From assembly GCA_048941015.1 (NCBI GenBank), contig JBHLNZ010000010.1, positions 11,162 through 75,161 on the forward strand: 64,000 bases of DNA. The letters are read 5' to 3'. Positions 30,543 through 41,289 of the stretch are shown here, one piece after another (position 1 is the first letter of the stretch; every line of letters starts with the position of its first letter). A program made the position numbers and the translations under genes. The notes under the pieces were generated by a model. It was not told the DNA's origin, did no database searches, and saw only the letters and a program-made list of their open reading frames with translations. Source of the DNA: Promethearchaeota archaeon. GTDB lineage: Archaea > Asgardarchaeota > Lokiarchaeia > Sigyniarchaeales > SOKP01.

Positions 30543-32033
30543 ATGGTTATTGTTACCACGAATAGGGGAAAAATTAAGGGAGTTCAAGCAAAAAATCATC
30601 AATTTTTCTTAGGGATTCCTTATGCGAAACCTCCTGTAGGTGATTTACGATTTCGAGAACCACAACCTATGGATTCATGGAACGAAATTAAGCATACATC
30701 AAAATTTGGACCAATATCATATCAAAATCAAGTCGATAGCCCACCTATTAATCAAGAGCAAAGCGAGGATTGTCTTTATCTCAATATATGGACACCTAAA
30801 GCTGACAATGAAAATAGACCAGTAATGTTTTGGATACATGGTGGTGGTTTCCTCATAGGAAGTAGTTCAAGGCCAAGACTAAACGGTGCAAGATTAGCAG
30901 CTTATGGTGATGTCATTGTCGTAAATTTTAATTACCGTTTAGGAGTTTTAGGTTTTCTTAATTTACCGAGTACTCCCCCCAATATAGGAATCCTTGATCA
31001 AATTGCAGCATTAAGATGGGTTAAGGAAAATATCGAAAAATTTGGAGGTAATCCCACTAATATTACTATTTTTGGTGAATCTGCTGGTGCTATGTCCGTA
31101 GCAATTTTACTTGCTATTCCTTCTGCTAAAGGATTGTTTCATAAAGCAATTATGGAAAGTGGGGCTGCAAATCCGAGAGATTTCGAAGCAGAACGAGCGA
31201 AGGAGGGAGCAGAAGAATTTATGTCAAAATTAAAACTTGAAAATGGAAATATTAACGTTCTAAGAGAAATTCCAGTTAGTAGAATAATAAGAGTACAGAA
31301 AAAAATATGCGGAACCATGTTGGATCCTAGAATTAATCCATTTAGACCTTTTATTGATGGAAATGTAATTCCAGAGCAACCCCTCGAAATTTTCCGAAAA
31401 GGAAAAGCGAATTCTGTTCCATTAATTATTGGATATAATAATGAAGAATTAGGAGCTATATCAGACGTTCTAAATCAGGCAAATAAATTAAAAAGAAAAG
31501 TAATTTTAAGATATATTAGAGCACATATTAAGAAGAGAAACATTTCTAAAGAAAATCTTAATAGACTAATTGAAGTATATAAGAAACAAATGGAATTAAG
31601 ATATCCAAATAACCCTTTCAAATATTGGAGTGCCATACTTTCCGATTCTATGTTTAGGATTCCCATTATTCGTCAAATCGAGGCACAATGTAAACATCAA
31701 AAAGATATTTACTCCTATATTTTTCACTACGAATCGCCAAAATATGGGTATGCACTTCATACTTTTGAACTGCCTTTCGTATTTAATACTTTAGATACGG
31801 TAGATATGATGGAGGGAGCAATAGAGTTGAATGAAGAAACAGAGAAATTATCTAATTTGATAATGGATACTTGGGTAAATTTCGCTCGAAATGGTGATCC
31901 AAACCATCAAAGCTTACCGGAATGGCCGCCATATGATATAAAGAGGCGAGCTACAATGATGTTAGGTTTAAATCCCGTGGTCGAAAATGCACCTCTAGAT
32001 GCCTTGCGAGAGATTTGGGATGGAATTATATAA
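30543..32033 (+). CDS. Type-B carboxylesterase (p-nitrobenzyl esterase-like)
   Basis: GIPYAKPP, EDCLYLN, HGGG, GESAG, ALHTFEL. Confidence 0.95.
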   Translation: MVIVTTNRGKIKGVQAKNHQFFLGIPYAKPPVGDLRFREPQPMDSWNEIKHTSKFGPISYQNQVDSPPINQEQSEDCLYLNIWTPKADNENRPVMFWIHGGGFLIGSSSRPRLNGARLAAYGDVIVVNFNYRLGVLGFLNLPSTPPNIGILDQIAALRWVKENIEKFGGNPTNITIFGESAGAMSVAILLAIPSAKGLFHKAIMESGAANPRDFEAERAKEGAEEFMSKLKLENGNINVLREIPVSRIIRVQKKICGTMLDPRINPFRPFIDGNVIPEQPLEIFRKGKANSVPLIIGYNNEELGAISDVLNQANKLKRKVILRYIRAHIKKRNISKENLNRLIEVYKKQMELRYPNNPFKYWSAILSDSMFRIPIIRQIEAQCKHQKDIYSYIFHYESPKYGYALHTFELPFVFNTLDTVDMMEGAIELNEETEKLSNLIMDTWVNFARNGDPNHQSLPEWPPYDIKRRATMMLGLNPVVENAPLDALREIWDGII

Positions 32034-32038
32034 TAAAT

Positions 32039-33196
32039 CTAATTTCCATCTGAGTTAATAACATCCCAAACTGCTTGAGCAAGACTTTCACCTCTCGGTT
32101 CATCAAACAATCTCATTTTATTCATAGCATAACTAATACTTAATTTTTTCTCAAGATCCATTATACAATAAGAACCTCCTAGGCCGCTCCAATAGAAACT
32201 ACGTGGACCTTGTAGATAAATATCATGTGAAAGACCAAAACCTAGTCCCCAAGACTTTGGCTGACGGAAAATAACTATATCTCTACCATGTATTTGTTCT
32301 TTTATAGCATTTTCTATTGTTGGGAAAGATAGAATCCGCTTATTATCAAGCTGACCACCACATGCAATTACAGCACCCACTTTTGCTATCGATCTTGCAT
32401 TACCATGTCCATTAGAAGCTGGGATCTCAGCAGCACGCCAGTTTGGACTATTAAAATCTTTATTTAATAACACCGGATTAAACATGACTTTAAACGTTGT
32501 TTTAAAAAATAGTTTAAATAGAAACATCTTAAATTTTGATACAGAATCATCTGGTGGAATTATTTCAGCAACCCTAGACTGATCTTCTTCAGATAAGCCA
32601 ATGTGAAAATCTATATTTAGAGGTTGAGCTACTTCTTCCATAAAAAAAGTACCTACTGATTTCCCTGTAACTCGGCGAATTATTTCACCTAAGAGATACC
32701 CAAAAGTTATTGAGTGATACCCGCTTCTTGATCCTGGTTTCCACCAAGGCTTTTGAGATGCTAATAAATCAACAATTTGATTCCAATCATACAAAACATC
32801 AATATTGATCTCTTTATCGAAACCAGGTAAACCTGCGGTATGGCTTAGTAAATAACGAACTGGCAATTCTTTTTTTCCTGCTTGTGCAAATTCAGGCCAA
32901 TAATTTGCTACTGGCGCATCTAAATCAATTAATCCTTTATCCACAAGAATATGAACACATAATGCTGTCATAACTTTAGTTGTTGAAAAAACGTTCACTA
33001 TTGTATCTTCTTGCCATGGTTGAGTTTGAGCTGCATCTGTAAAACCGCTCCATAAATCAACTACCATTTTTCCTTCCAACATTACTGCAAAAGAAGCACC
33101 AATTTCTAAACCTAATTGAAAATTCTTAGCAAAAGTTTCTTTTACTTTCTCAAACCGATCATCACAATATCCATGAATCTTCATGTTATTTTTCAT
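32039..33196 (-). CDS. Serine hydrolase, beta-lactamase class C / EstB-like esterase
   Basis: FSTTK (SxxK), LLSHTAG, GYH, WSGLGG. Confidence 0.93.
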   Translation of the reverse strand: MKNNMKIHGYCDDRFEKVKETFAKNFQLGLEIGASFAVMLEGKMVVDLWSGFTDAAQTQPWQEDTIVNVFSTTKVMTALCVHILVDKGLIDLDAPVANYWPEFAQAGKKELPVRYLLSHTAGLPGFDKEINIDVLYDWNQIVDLLASQKPWWKPGSRSGYHSITFGYLLGEIIRRVTGKSVGTFFMEEVAQPLNIDFHIGLSEEDQSRVAEIIPPDDSVSKFKMFLFKLFFKTTFKVMFNPVLLNKDFNSPNWRAAEIPASNGHGNARSIAKVGAVIACGGQLDNKRILSFPTIENAIKEQIHGRDIVIFRQPKSWGLGFGLSHDIYLQGPRSFYWSGLGGSYCIMDLEKKLSISYAMNKMRLFDEPRGESLAQAVWDVINSDGN

Positions 33197-33320
33197 GACA
33201 TTATTTAACTTTTAACGCTAAATAAATATTTTTACTGTTTTCTACATACCTGTCTAAATCTTTAGAACCTTTATATAGGTTTAAAGAGAATCTATAATTA
33301 ATCAATTTTATTGCAAAAGA

Positions 33321-34691
33321 TTGAATCTTATGGAAAGTAAAATTGAAGCAAAATTAAGTCGACGCAATTTATGGGGTTATGCTATTGGAGCTATTCCTAA
33401 TGGGCTTCTAACACTCATTTTCACTCTTAAATATATTGAATATTTCTATGAAAAGCTTCAATTAAACCCAATATTATTCATAATTGGCCAAATTATTTAT
33501 CTGGTGATTAATGCCCTTAATGATCCATTATTAGGGCAATTATCTGATCGGACTAATCCTATGAAATGGGGGAGTAGAAGAAAGATATATATTAAATATG
33601 GAGCTCCAATATGGGCATTAGCTTTCATGCTAGTTTGGATACCATGGAGTTTTAATAACCAAATTATTATCTTTCTACATTTTATCATTAGTATTTGCCT
33701 ATTTGATACTATGCTAACATTAGTTGTTCTTGTATGGTTAGCTTTATTGCCTGAAATGACATCAGATTTGGATGAGCGAAATAAAGGCAATTTTCTTGCC
33801 CTTATTCTCGGTGCGATAGTAATTTTACCCACATTCCTAATTGTTGGAGGAATGGATCCTACTTCTTTAGAATTTCGTGTTTTTATGTTAATTATTGCTA
33901 TATTTTCTACAATTCTCTTATTATTAACTGCTTATCTTTGTCAAGAAAGCCCTGAATTCCGCAAGGATGAAGGTCTTCCACTAGGGAAAGCAGTAAAGGA
34001 AACATTAAAACTAAGATCTTTTCAGCTTTATATGGGATACATTGTCTGTGATGCTTTCATTGGATCAATCGGATTGAGTTACTTATTTGTATACCTACTG
34101 ATTTTAGGTGAGGGAGGTTTACTTTATTACTTTATTATCTTATTTTTCCTAGGCTACGGTTCAAACTTTTTATGTATGAAATTAAGACCAAAATGGGGGA
34201 TGCATAAGATAATATTAAGGTTTGGAGCAATTAAGATAATTGGTACATTCATTTTTTTCATATTATTGCTTTTTATCGATGTTCAGTGGTTTGTCATAAC
34301 AGGTTTTGCTATTTTAACCTTTTTTGGAGGTTATACGATATTTAATACGCCTCTCCTATATTTATCGATAGATGAAGATGAATTAAACAATAAGTCTCGC
34401 AGAGAAGGCATGTTTTTTGGTATAGATGCGTTGATCCATAAACCTACTCAGAGTATAGGTCCGATAGTTGCCACGATCATTTTAGAAGCGTTTAACTATG
34501 TCAAAGATTCTGATATTCAACCTGATTCAGCTTATTTAGGAATAAAAATACTCATGTTATTAGTTCCTGTTATAGTAAGTGCTATTGGGCTTATTTTTAT
34601 CTACTTTTATCCAATTCATGGAGAAAAGCTAGATAAAATGCGAGAACAATTAAAAATTCTACATGAAGAAAAACAAAAAAGAATAGAATAA
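33321..34691 (+). CDS. GPH (MelB-like) glycoside:cation symporter
   Basis: NALNDPLLGQLSDRT, ALLPEMT...ER, RREGMFFG. Confidence 0.9.
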   Translation: MNLMESKIEAKLSRRNLWGYAIGAIPNGLLTLIFTLKYIEYFYEKLQLNPILFIIGQIIYLVINALNDPLLGQLSDRTNPMKWGSRRKIYIKYGAPIWALAFMLVWIPWSFNNQIIIFLHFIISICLFDTMLTLVVLVWLALLPEMTSDLDERNKGNFLALILGAIVILPTFLIVGGMDPTSLEFRVFMLIIAIFSTILLLLTAYLCQESPEFRKDEGLPLGKAVKETLKLRSFQLYMGYIVCDAFIGSIGLSYLFVYLLILGEGGLLYYFIILFFLGYGSNFLCMKLRPKWGMHKIILRFGAIKIIGTFIFFILLLFIDVQWFVITGFAILTFFGGYTIFNTPLLYLSIDEDELNNKSRREGMFFGIDALIHKPTQSIGPIVATIILEAFNYVKDSDIQPDSAYLGIKILMLLVPVIVSAIGLIFIYFYPIHGEKLDKMREQLKILHEEKQKRIE

Positions 34692-34744
34692 TTTTTTTTA
34701 AAATTTTATTTTATAATGAATACAAGTAAAATTAGGGATAAATC

Positions 34745-37444
34745 ATGATAAATCCTCCTTATGATTTGAAATGTGAATATCTTGTTAATCCGATTGGAAT
34801 CGATATTAAAAATCCAAGATTTTCATGGATTCTTGGCCATCAAGAAAGGAATCAATATCAATCTGCCTATCAGGTTATAGTTTCATCAGAAAGTTCATTA
34901 TTATTATCTGAAGTAGGGGATATGTGGGATAGTGGGAGAATAGTTTCGGAACAGAATTTTAATATTCCATATAAAGGAAAACCATTAAAAAGTGATTCAA
35001 ATTATTACTGGAAGGTAAAATGGTGGGATAAAAATAATATCGAGAGTGATTACAGTAAGCCAAGTACGTTCGGTACAGTATTATTAAATAATTCTGAATG
35101 GAAAGCAAAATGGATTAGTAAAACGGAATTTATTGATGTAAAAACAAGAAAATTATATCAGTATAAATCAGGAAAAAGAAATTTGGCAGGTAGAATAAGA
35201 GAATATCATGCATTATATCTAAGGAAAGAATTCATTCTCAAAAAACCAGTTAAGTCAGCAAAAATATATATCTGCGGATTAGGTTATTACGAACTTAGAC
35301 TCAATGGAAATAAGGTTGGAGATCGAATTCTAGACCCAGCACAAACTGATTACAATAAAGTTGCGCTCTATTCTACTTATGATATAACTACTAATTTGAA
35401 AAGCAAAAATGCTATAGGAATTATATTAGGAAATGGGCGCTGTGTTGAATTATGGGGTTATGACTTTCCAAAAGTAATTGCGCAAGTTCATATTCATTAC
35501 GAAGATGGAAGCACTCAAATGATATACACAGATGAAAGTTGGAAACTATCCAATGGACCAATACAAGAAAATGGCATTTACTTTGGTGAAAAATACGATG
35601 CTCGATTAGAAATACCAGTATGGGATAAGCCAGATTATAAAGACTCTGAATGGGATTTTGCGGCAGAGGTTTCAGGATATACTTTATCTTCCCAGATGAT
35701 GCAACCTATTAAAATTTCAAAACTACTTAAGCCTCAAAAACTATATAGTCCCAAACCAGGAATATACGTTTATGATTTTGAGCAGAACTTTTCTGGTTAT
35801 GTTCGTTTAAAAGTGCGTGGACCGCGAGGATGTGAAGTTACATTAAAATTTGCTGAAATAGTCCATGATGATGGAACCATCAATACAGCAACTAATGGAA
35901 ATGCTCCATCAACAGACATCTATATTTTAAAAGGGGAAAGAGAGGAAATTTTTGAGCCGCATTTCACTTATCATGGATTTCGATATGTCGAATTAACTGG
36001 ATTTCCGGGAGTACCATCTTTAGATAATTTAGAAGGAATTTTTATTCACAGCAATGTTTCTAAAGTAGGAGATTTCTTTTGTTCAAATCATTTAATTAAT
36101 AAAATCCACACTAATATCCTTTGGGGTCAATTAAGTAATTTAATGAGCATACCTACAGATTGTCCTCAGAGAGATGAGAGAATGGGATGGATGGGTGATG
36201 CACAACTTGCTATTGAGGAAGCTATTTTTAATTTTGATATGGTACGTTTTTACAGTAAATATCTAAATGATATTAAAATATGTCAAAAACAAGATGGTTC
36301 AATATCTGACGTAGTTCCACCTTATTGGAAACTTTATCCTGCAGATCCTGCCTGGGGATCTGCTTATATTACAATCGCATGGTATCTATATTGGTATTAT
36401 AACGATCTTCGTATACTCGAAGAGAATTATGAAGGAATGAAAAATTATATTGAATTTCTTATTTCAAAATCAGAAAATAACTTATTTCTAATGGGAAAAT
36501 TTGGTGATTGGTGTCCCCCATGTTCCATAGTTTCAAGGACAACTCCAATAGAACTGACTTCTTCTTGGTATTTTTATCATGACACTTTCTATTTGTCAAA
36601 AATTGCAGAAATTCTTGGAAAAAAAGAAGATAACGAACTTTATAAAAGTAAAGCCGAAGAGATTAAAAATGCATTCAATGAAAAATTCTTAAAGGTTTCT
36701 TATGAAACAACAAAATTATCTCCCGTAGATCGATCCGTGGGTCAAACATCGAATATTTTACCCCTCTATTTAAACATGGTTCCTAATAAAAAGAAAAAGA
36801 AAGTATTATCTATTTTAGTTAATGCTATTAGAGAAGATTTTGATTATCATTTCGATACAGGGATTTTAGGAACAAGGTATATATTTGATACTTTGTCTGA
36901 AAATGGTTTTCCAGAAGCTGTTTACAAAATGATTAAACAAAAAAGCTTTCCGGGATATGGATATATGATACTAGAAGGTGCAACTACTCTTTGGGAACGA
37001 TGGGAAAAACTTGAAGGAGGAGGAATGAATTCCCATAATCACATAATGCTCGGTTCTGTAGATGCATGGTTTTATAAAACTCTTGCAGGTATTACTTCAA
37101 TACAACCTGGATGGAAAAAAGTAAGAATAAAACCGTATATACCTGATGATATGGATTATGCTAGTGGATCAACAACTACAATTTTAGGGATAATTTATAG
37201 CAGTTGGGAAAAGTTAAATAATAAAATAAAAATGACTATAAAAATACCCGTTGGATGCTCAGCTGACGTTTGGATACCAATTGAGGGAAAGAATATTATC
37301 ATTAAAGAAAATGATGATATAATTTGGAAACCTGATAGAGAAAGCGAATCTAAAAACCAAGTAAAGTTCTTAAATCTTGAAGAGAAACATATTGTATTTA
37401 ATATCGGTTCTGGATATTATGAATTCCTAATAGAAAAGTTTTAA
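34745..37444 (+). CDS. GH78 alpha-L-rhamnosidase
   Basis: DFEQNFSG, FTYHGFRY, PTDCPQRDERMGWMGD, GATTLWERW, SHNH; no signal peptide. Confidence 0.95.
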   Translation: MINPPYDLKCEYLVNPIGIDIKNPRFSWILGHQERNQYQSAYQVIVSSESSLLLSEVGDMWDSGRIVSEQNFNIPYKGKPLKSDSNYYWKVKWWDKNNIESDYSKPSTFGTVLLNNSEWKAKWISKTEFIDVKTRKLYQYKSGKRNLAGRIREYHALYLRKEFILKKPVKSAKIYICGLGYYELRLNGNKVGDRILDPAQTDYNKVALYSTYDITTNLKSKNAIGIILGNGRCVELWGYDFPKVIAQVHIHYEDGSTQMIYTDESWKLSNGPIQENGIYFGEKYDARLEIPVWDKPDYKDSEWDFAAEVSGYTLSSQMMQPIKISKLLKPQKLYSPKPGIYVYDFEQNFSGYVRLKVRGPRGCEVTLKFAEIVHDDGTINTATNGNAPSTDIYILKGEREEIFEPHFTYHGFRYVELTGFPGVPSLDNLEGIFIHSNVSKVGDFFCSNHLINKIHTNILWGQLSNLMSIPTDCPQRDERMGWMGDAQLAIEEAIFNFDMVRFYSKYLNDIKICQKQDGSISDVVPPYWKLYPADPAWGSAYITIAWYLYWYYNDLRILEENYEGMKNYIEFLISKSENNLFLMGKFGDWCPPCSIVSRTTPIELTSSWYFYHDTFYLSKIAEILGKKEDNELYKSKAEEIKNAFNEKFLKVSYETTKLSPVDRSVGQTSNILPLYLNMVPNKKKKKVLSILVNAIREDFDYHFDTGILGTRYIFDTLSENGFPEAVYKMIKQKSFPGYGYMILEGATTLWERWEKLEGGGMNSHNHIMLGSVDAWFYKTLAGITSIQPGWKKVRIKPYIPDDMDYASGSTTTILGIIYSSWEKLNNKIKMTIKIPVGCSADVWIPIEGKNIIIKENDDIIWKPDRESESKNQVKFLNLEEKHIVFNIGSGYYEFLIEKF

Positions 37445-37478
37445 ATAAGTTAAATTTAGAATTTTATTCTTTACTTTT

Positions 37479-38867
37479 TTATTCACTATTAGGTATTGGA
37501 GTTATTTTAAAAGAATATGCACTCGAATCAAAAAGATCTTTGGGTATTTCAAGAATTAGATTATTATCAACTTGAGACCATTTGATTGGATTATTATAAC
37601 CCAATAATTGAATTTCTGAATTGGGATTAATTTTTAATGATTTAATTACAACTTTTTTTCCTTTTGATTTATTTAATAATATTACGAAAAGAGAATTCTT
37701 AGTTTTAGTAAATTTCACATCAATATTATCAAAAGTTTTTTTTTCAGCTTTAATCCAAGGTCTTGTACCATAGATTGCTTCTCCATTAATCTCCAGCCAT
37801 TTACCTAATCCTAAAATTGCTTTTTTCTGAAGCTCTGGAATTGAACCATCCGCCTTAGGACCAATATTAAGCAACAGATTACCATTTTTGCTTACGATGT
37901 CGATAAACATCTTGATAAGTTCGTCAATTTTCAAATAATGTTCCTCTGTCTCAAATTTATTAAAGCCATAGGAGTTTCCTATTCCTCGATTTGCTTCCCA
38001 CTTTTTAGTCATTATTTTATCAAAAATTTCATATTCAGGAGTAAGAAAATCCCAGAAATGAACTTTAGGAAAATTTTCACCTTTTTTTTTGTATTGAATC
38101 CATCTGTCATTAATAATTCCTTCAGGAATTTTATTATAGTAATAAGCGAAAATCTCATATGCATTTGTAGGTACATATCCTATATCATTCCACAAAATTT
38201 TAGGCTCATATTTATCAATGAGCTCATACCAATGATTATTAGCATATTCAATATATTCGGAAGTTCGGACGCCATTTTCAATAAAACTAGTATTATCTCT
38301 AATAGGTTCTGGGTTAAAAGACCAATCTAATAATCCTGAATAATACACACCAAATTTCATTCCAAGAATTCTAACTTCTTTAGAAAGTTCTCCTATAATA
38401 TCCCTACTAGCGTGATAGTTTTTCTTTTTTGGATTTTTAAAATTGCTAGGCCATAAAAGAAAACCATCATGATGTTTGGTAACGAGAACAACATATTTAG
38501 CGCCAGCTTTTTTAAATAATTGTGCCCACTCTTTTGGATTCCAATTTTTAATCTCTTTATTAAAAATTGGTACAAAATCGTCATAAGTGAACTCTTTACC
38601 ATAGTTCTCATAATGATATGTTTCTGTAGGACTACCTGGGATTCTAAGGGAATTTAAATACCACTCTGCATAAGGATTATTCTTAAAATGTTCTTCGGGA
38701 CCTCTACTTTCAGATTCAATTAAATTTAAACCAGTCACAGCAAATGCTGGAACAGAATATAGACCCCAATGAATGAAGATTCCAAACTTGGCATCATGAA
38801 ACCAATTTGGAACTTCATGTTTTTTTATCAATTTCCTTGTTGGCTCAAATCTCATTACCTTCACCAA
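37479..38867 (-). CDS. GH29 alpha-L-fucosidase
   Basis: WFHDAKFGIFIHWG.YSVPA, TKHHDGF, LWND, NGNLLLNIGP. Confidence 0.95.
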   Translation of the reverse strand: MVKVMRFEPTRKLIKKHEVPNWFHDAKFGIFIHWGLYSVPAFAVTGLNLIESESRGPEEHFKNNPYAEWYLNSLRIPGSPTETYHYENYGKEFTYDDFVPIFNKEIKNWNPKEWAQLFKKAGAKYVVLVTKHHDGFLLWPSNFKNPKKKNYHASRDIIGELSKEVRILGMKFGVYYSGLLDWSFNPEPIRDNTSFIENGVRTSEYIEYANNHWYELIDKYEPKILWNDIGYVPTNAYEIFAYYYNKIPEGIINDRWIQYKKKGENFPKVHFWDFLTPEYEIFDKIMTKKWEANRGIGNSYGFNKFETEEHYLKIDELIKMFIDIVSKNGNLLLNIGPKADGSIPELQKKAILGLGKWLEINGEAIYGTRPWIKAEKKTFDNIDVKFTKTKNSLFVILLNKSKGKKVVIKSLKINPNSEIQLLGYNNPIKWSQVDNNLILEIPKDLFDSSAYSFKITPIPNSE

Positions 38868-39475
38868 TCAGAAAAAGACTTTTCTTTTGAAAAATCTCTC
38901 TTCAAGGGTTTGCCCGTCATTAAGGTAAGATATCTAATGTAAGCAGATTGTTCAGCGCCTGTTACGTATTGTAACGCATCCTCTAGAGTCATTCCTTTAG
39001 CGAAGATTCCATGTCCTCTCACTACCACAAAAGGGTAATTCTTAAGCATTTTAGGTACTTCTTTTGATGTGTAAAATGCCCCTGCTGGTATTTCAACGTC
39101 AATAATTGGAATTTTTTTATATAATGCAAAACCTTCAGCATCTATACAAGTAATTTCATCCTCAATCAACGAAAGTGCGACACAAAATGGATTATGAGCG
39201 TGAATTACTGCCATGGCATCTGTTTCTAAATAAATAGCCCTGTGAACGCCAAGTTCAGTACTGGCAATAAGAGAACTCGAATCTTCTTCCTTTAATTCGC
39301 AAATTACTAAATCTTCTGGCTCTAATTCTCCAAGCATCGCTGCTCTCCTTTTAATAATTATCTTCCCTCCACTTCGAATGGAGATATTTCCTGAATGAGA
39401 AGTATTGTAACCATGTCTAACTAAATGCTTTCCAATTTTTCTAAACATTTTATATATTGATTCTTCAATAACCAT
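38861..39475 (-). CDS. Class II aldolase (fuculose/rhamnulose-1-phosphate aldolase family)
   Basis: SGNIS, ASTE..H, HAH, RGHG. Confidence 0.9.
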   Translation of the reverse strand: MVIEESIYKMFRKIGKHLVRHGYNTSHSGNISIRSGGKIIIKRRAAMLGELEPEDLVICELKEEDSSSLIASTELGVHRAIYLETDAMAVIHAHNPFCVALSLIEDEITCIDAEGFALYKKIPIIDVEIPAGAFYTSKEVPKMLKNYPFVVVRGHGIFAKGMTLEDALQYVTGAEQSAYIRYLTLMTGKPLKRDFSKEKSFSDW

Positions 39476-39492
39476 TTTCTTTAACCTTTTTT

Positions 39493-41289
39493 TTAAATAT
39501 TAAATTCAATATCAAGCTTTTCTAATAACTCTGGTTTAGGAATTCCTTTCTCGTCCCATTGCCTTACAAAATAATATTGATCTAACATTGGTTCTAATGA
39601 AACGACATATCCTTTTGAAAATCCCTCCTTTAGAGGCTCGCTAATAAATCTTAGTGGTAAATTATCATCCTCTCTTTTAAACCCTTCTCGAATGTTAAAA
39701 ATCCTCTCAAGATTATATATTCGTTCTCCAATTTCAAGAAGTTTTATTACATCATATTCAATTCCAGTTATTGCTTTTAAAAACCGAGCATAATAATCAA
39801 GTCCTAAAGCCCAACCCGCGAATGCACATATTACCAAACTATCTTCAATTGCTTTCTGATTTTGTTTTAAAACTAGTAAATCAGGTTTTCCTGCGGTAGT
39901 AAATCTGTCTATTTTTTTTGGAGTAGCAAAGATTTCTAGTGAAGCCATATATCCAGTAAGATGACAGCCTCCTCGATTTGAGGTCGCATATCCTAATGCA
40001 TGTCCAAAAACTCCTCTTGGATCATATGCTGGAAGTTCTAATCCTTTTACATGCATCGCAACTTCATTATGATTATATCGATTAGCAAGCGATCTTGCCC
40101 CCTGACTAATTTCAGCCCCAGTTCCTTCCATTTCAGCAATTTTTATTATTAATTTCTTTAATATATTATTATTTCCAAATTTGAGGGAATTATCATTTAA
40201 AAACCCTTTTTCTTGTAATTCCATTGCACATGAAATACTAACACCACAAGAAATCGTATCGATTCCAAATTTATTACATAAATAATTTGCTTGAGTTATA
40301 GAGATTAAATCATATATTCCTAGATTTGGACCGAGAGCCCAAACAGATTCATATTCAGGGCCTTTACCGTTCATTTCACCCGCTTTCGTTAACCTTCCAC
40401 ACCTAATCGGACAAGCATAACATCCTTCTTGCTCTTGAGTTAACCGTTTATTTATTTCTTCTCCACTTACTTGAGCCGCTCTCTCATCATAACCTTTTTG
40501 AAAGTTATTAATAGGAAACATACCCAAAGTATTAATTACATTAACTAAAGCTGAAGTACCAAATTTCGGTAGGGAAGAACGTGTAATAGGGACAACTTTA
40601 ATTTTATCCTGAGCAACTTTTACATATTTTTTTAAAAGTTCTTGGTTATGCACTTCAAACTTAATACTCCCTCCCTTTATAACAATAGCTTTAAGGTTCT
40701 TAGAACCCATAACTGCTCCAACTCCGCCTCTACCAAATGCTCTATATGCATCATTCATTATTGAAGCAATTTTTACTAAATTTTCACCAGCTGGACCAAT
40801 CATTAGAGCATGAATATTCTTACCTTCAATTTCCTCCAATTGATGAAGTGTATCCTCTGTATTAAGACCCCATAATTTCGAGGCTTCCCGTATTATGGGT
40901 TCTTTTCCACCCTCAATTAAGATATATGCTGGCTCTTTTAAAGCGCCCTCTAATAAAATTCCATCATAACCACATTTTTTCATAAAAACTCCAAAAGATC
41001 CACCAGAATTTGAATAAAAAATACCATTTGTAAGTGGAGATTTAGTTACTAAAGAAAATCGACCATTAGTTGGAACAATAGTTCCGCCAAATGGTCCTGT
41101 TGAAAAAATCAACAAGTTTTTTGGATCTAATGGATCTGAGTTTACTGGAAGTCTTGTTGATAATAGTTTTACTCCTAAACCTCTTCCTCCGATAAAATCT
41201 TCTAATATTTTTTCATGTATAGGAAATTCACTGAATTTCTCATTATTTAAATTTATTTCGAGAATTTTATTATTTAGCCCTTTCATCAT
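39493..41289 (-). CDS. aor: Aldehyde:ferredoxin oxidoreductase (W/Mo-pterin, AOR family)
   Basis: GGRGLG, KSPLT, GRGGVGAVMGSKNLKA, CYACPIRC, PEYE, YDPR, RGGCH. Confidence 0.93.
   Translation of the reverse strand: MMKGLNNKILEINLNNEKFSEFPIHEKILEDFIGGRGLGVKLLSTRLPVNSDPLDPKNLLIFSTGPFGGTIVPTNGRFSLVTKSPLTNGIFYSNSGGSFGVFMKKCGYDGILLEGALKEPAYILIEGGKEPIIREASKLWGLNTEDTLHQLEEIEGKNIHALMIGPAGENLVKIASIMNDAYRAFGRGGVGAVMGSKNLKAIVIKGGSIKFEVHNQELLKKYVKVAQDKIKVVPITRSSLPKFGTSALVNVINTLGMFPINNFQKGYDERAAQVSGEEINKRLTQEQEGCYACPIRCGRLTKAGEMNGKGPEYESVWALGPNLGIYDLISITQANYLCNKFGIDTISCGVSISCAMELQEKGFLNDNSLKFGNNNILKKLIIKIAEMEGTGAEISQGARSLANRYNHNEVAMHVKGLELPAYDPRGVFGHALGYATSNRGGCHLTGYMASLEIFATPKKIDRFTTAGKPDLLVLKQNQKAIEDSLVICAFAGWALGLDYYARFLKAITGIEYDVIKLLEIGERIYNLERIFNIREGFKREDDNLPLRFISEPLKEGFSKGYVVSLEPMLDQYYFVRQWDEKGIPKPELLEKLDIEFNI

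Noticed and set aside
37479-38867. Programmed frameshift in the fucosidase, as in Sulfolobus fucA
   Set aside because: The ORF here is continuous and full length.
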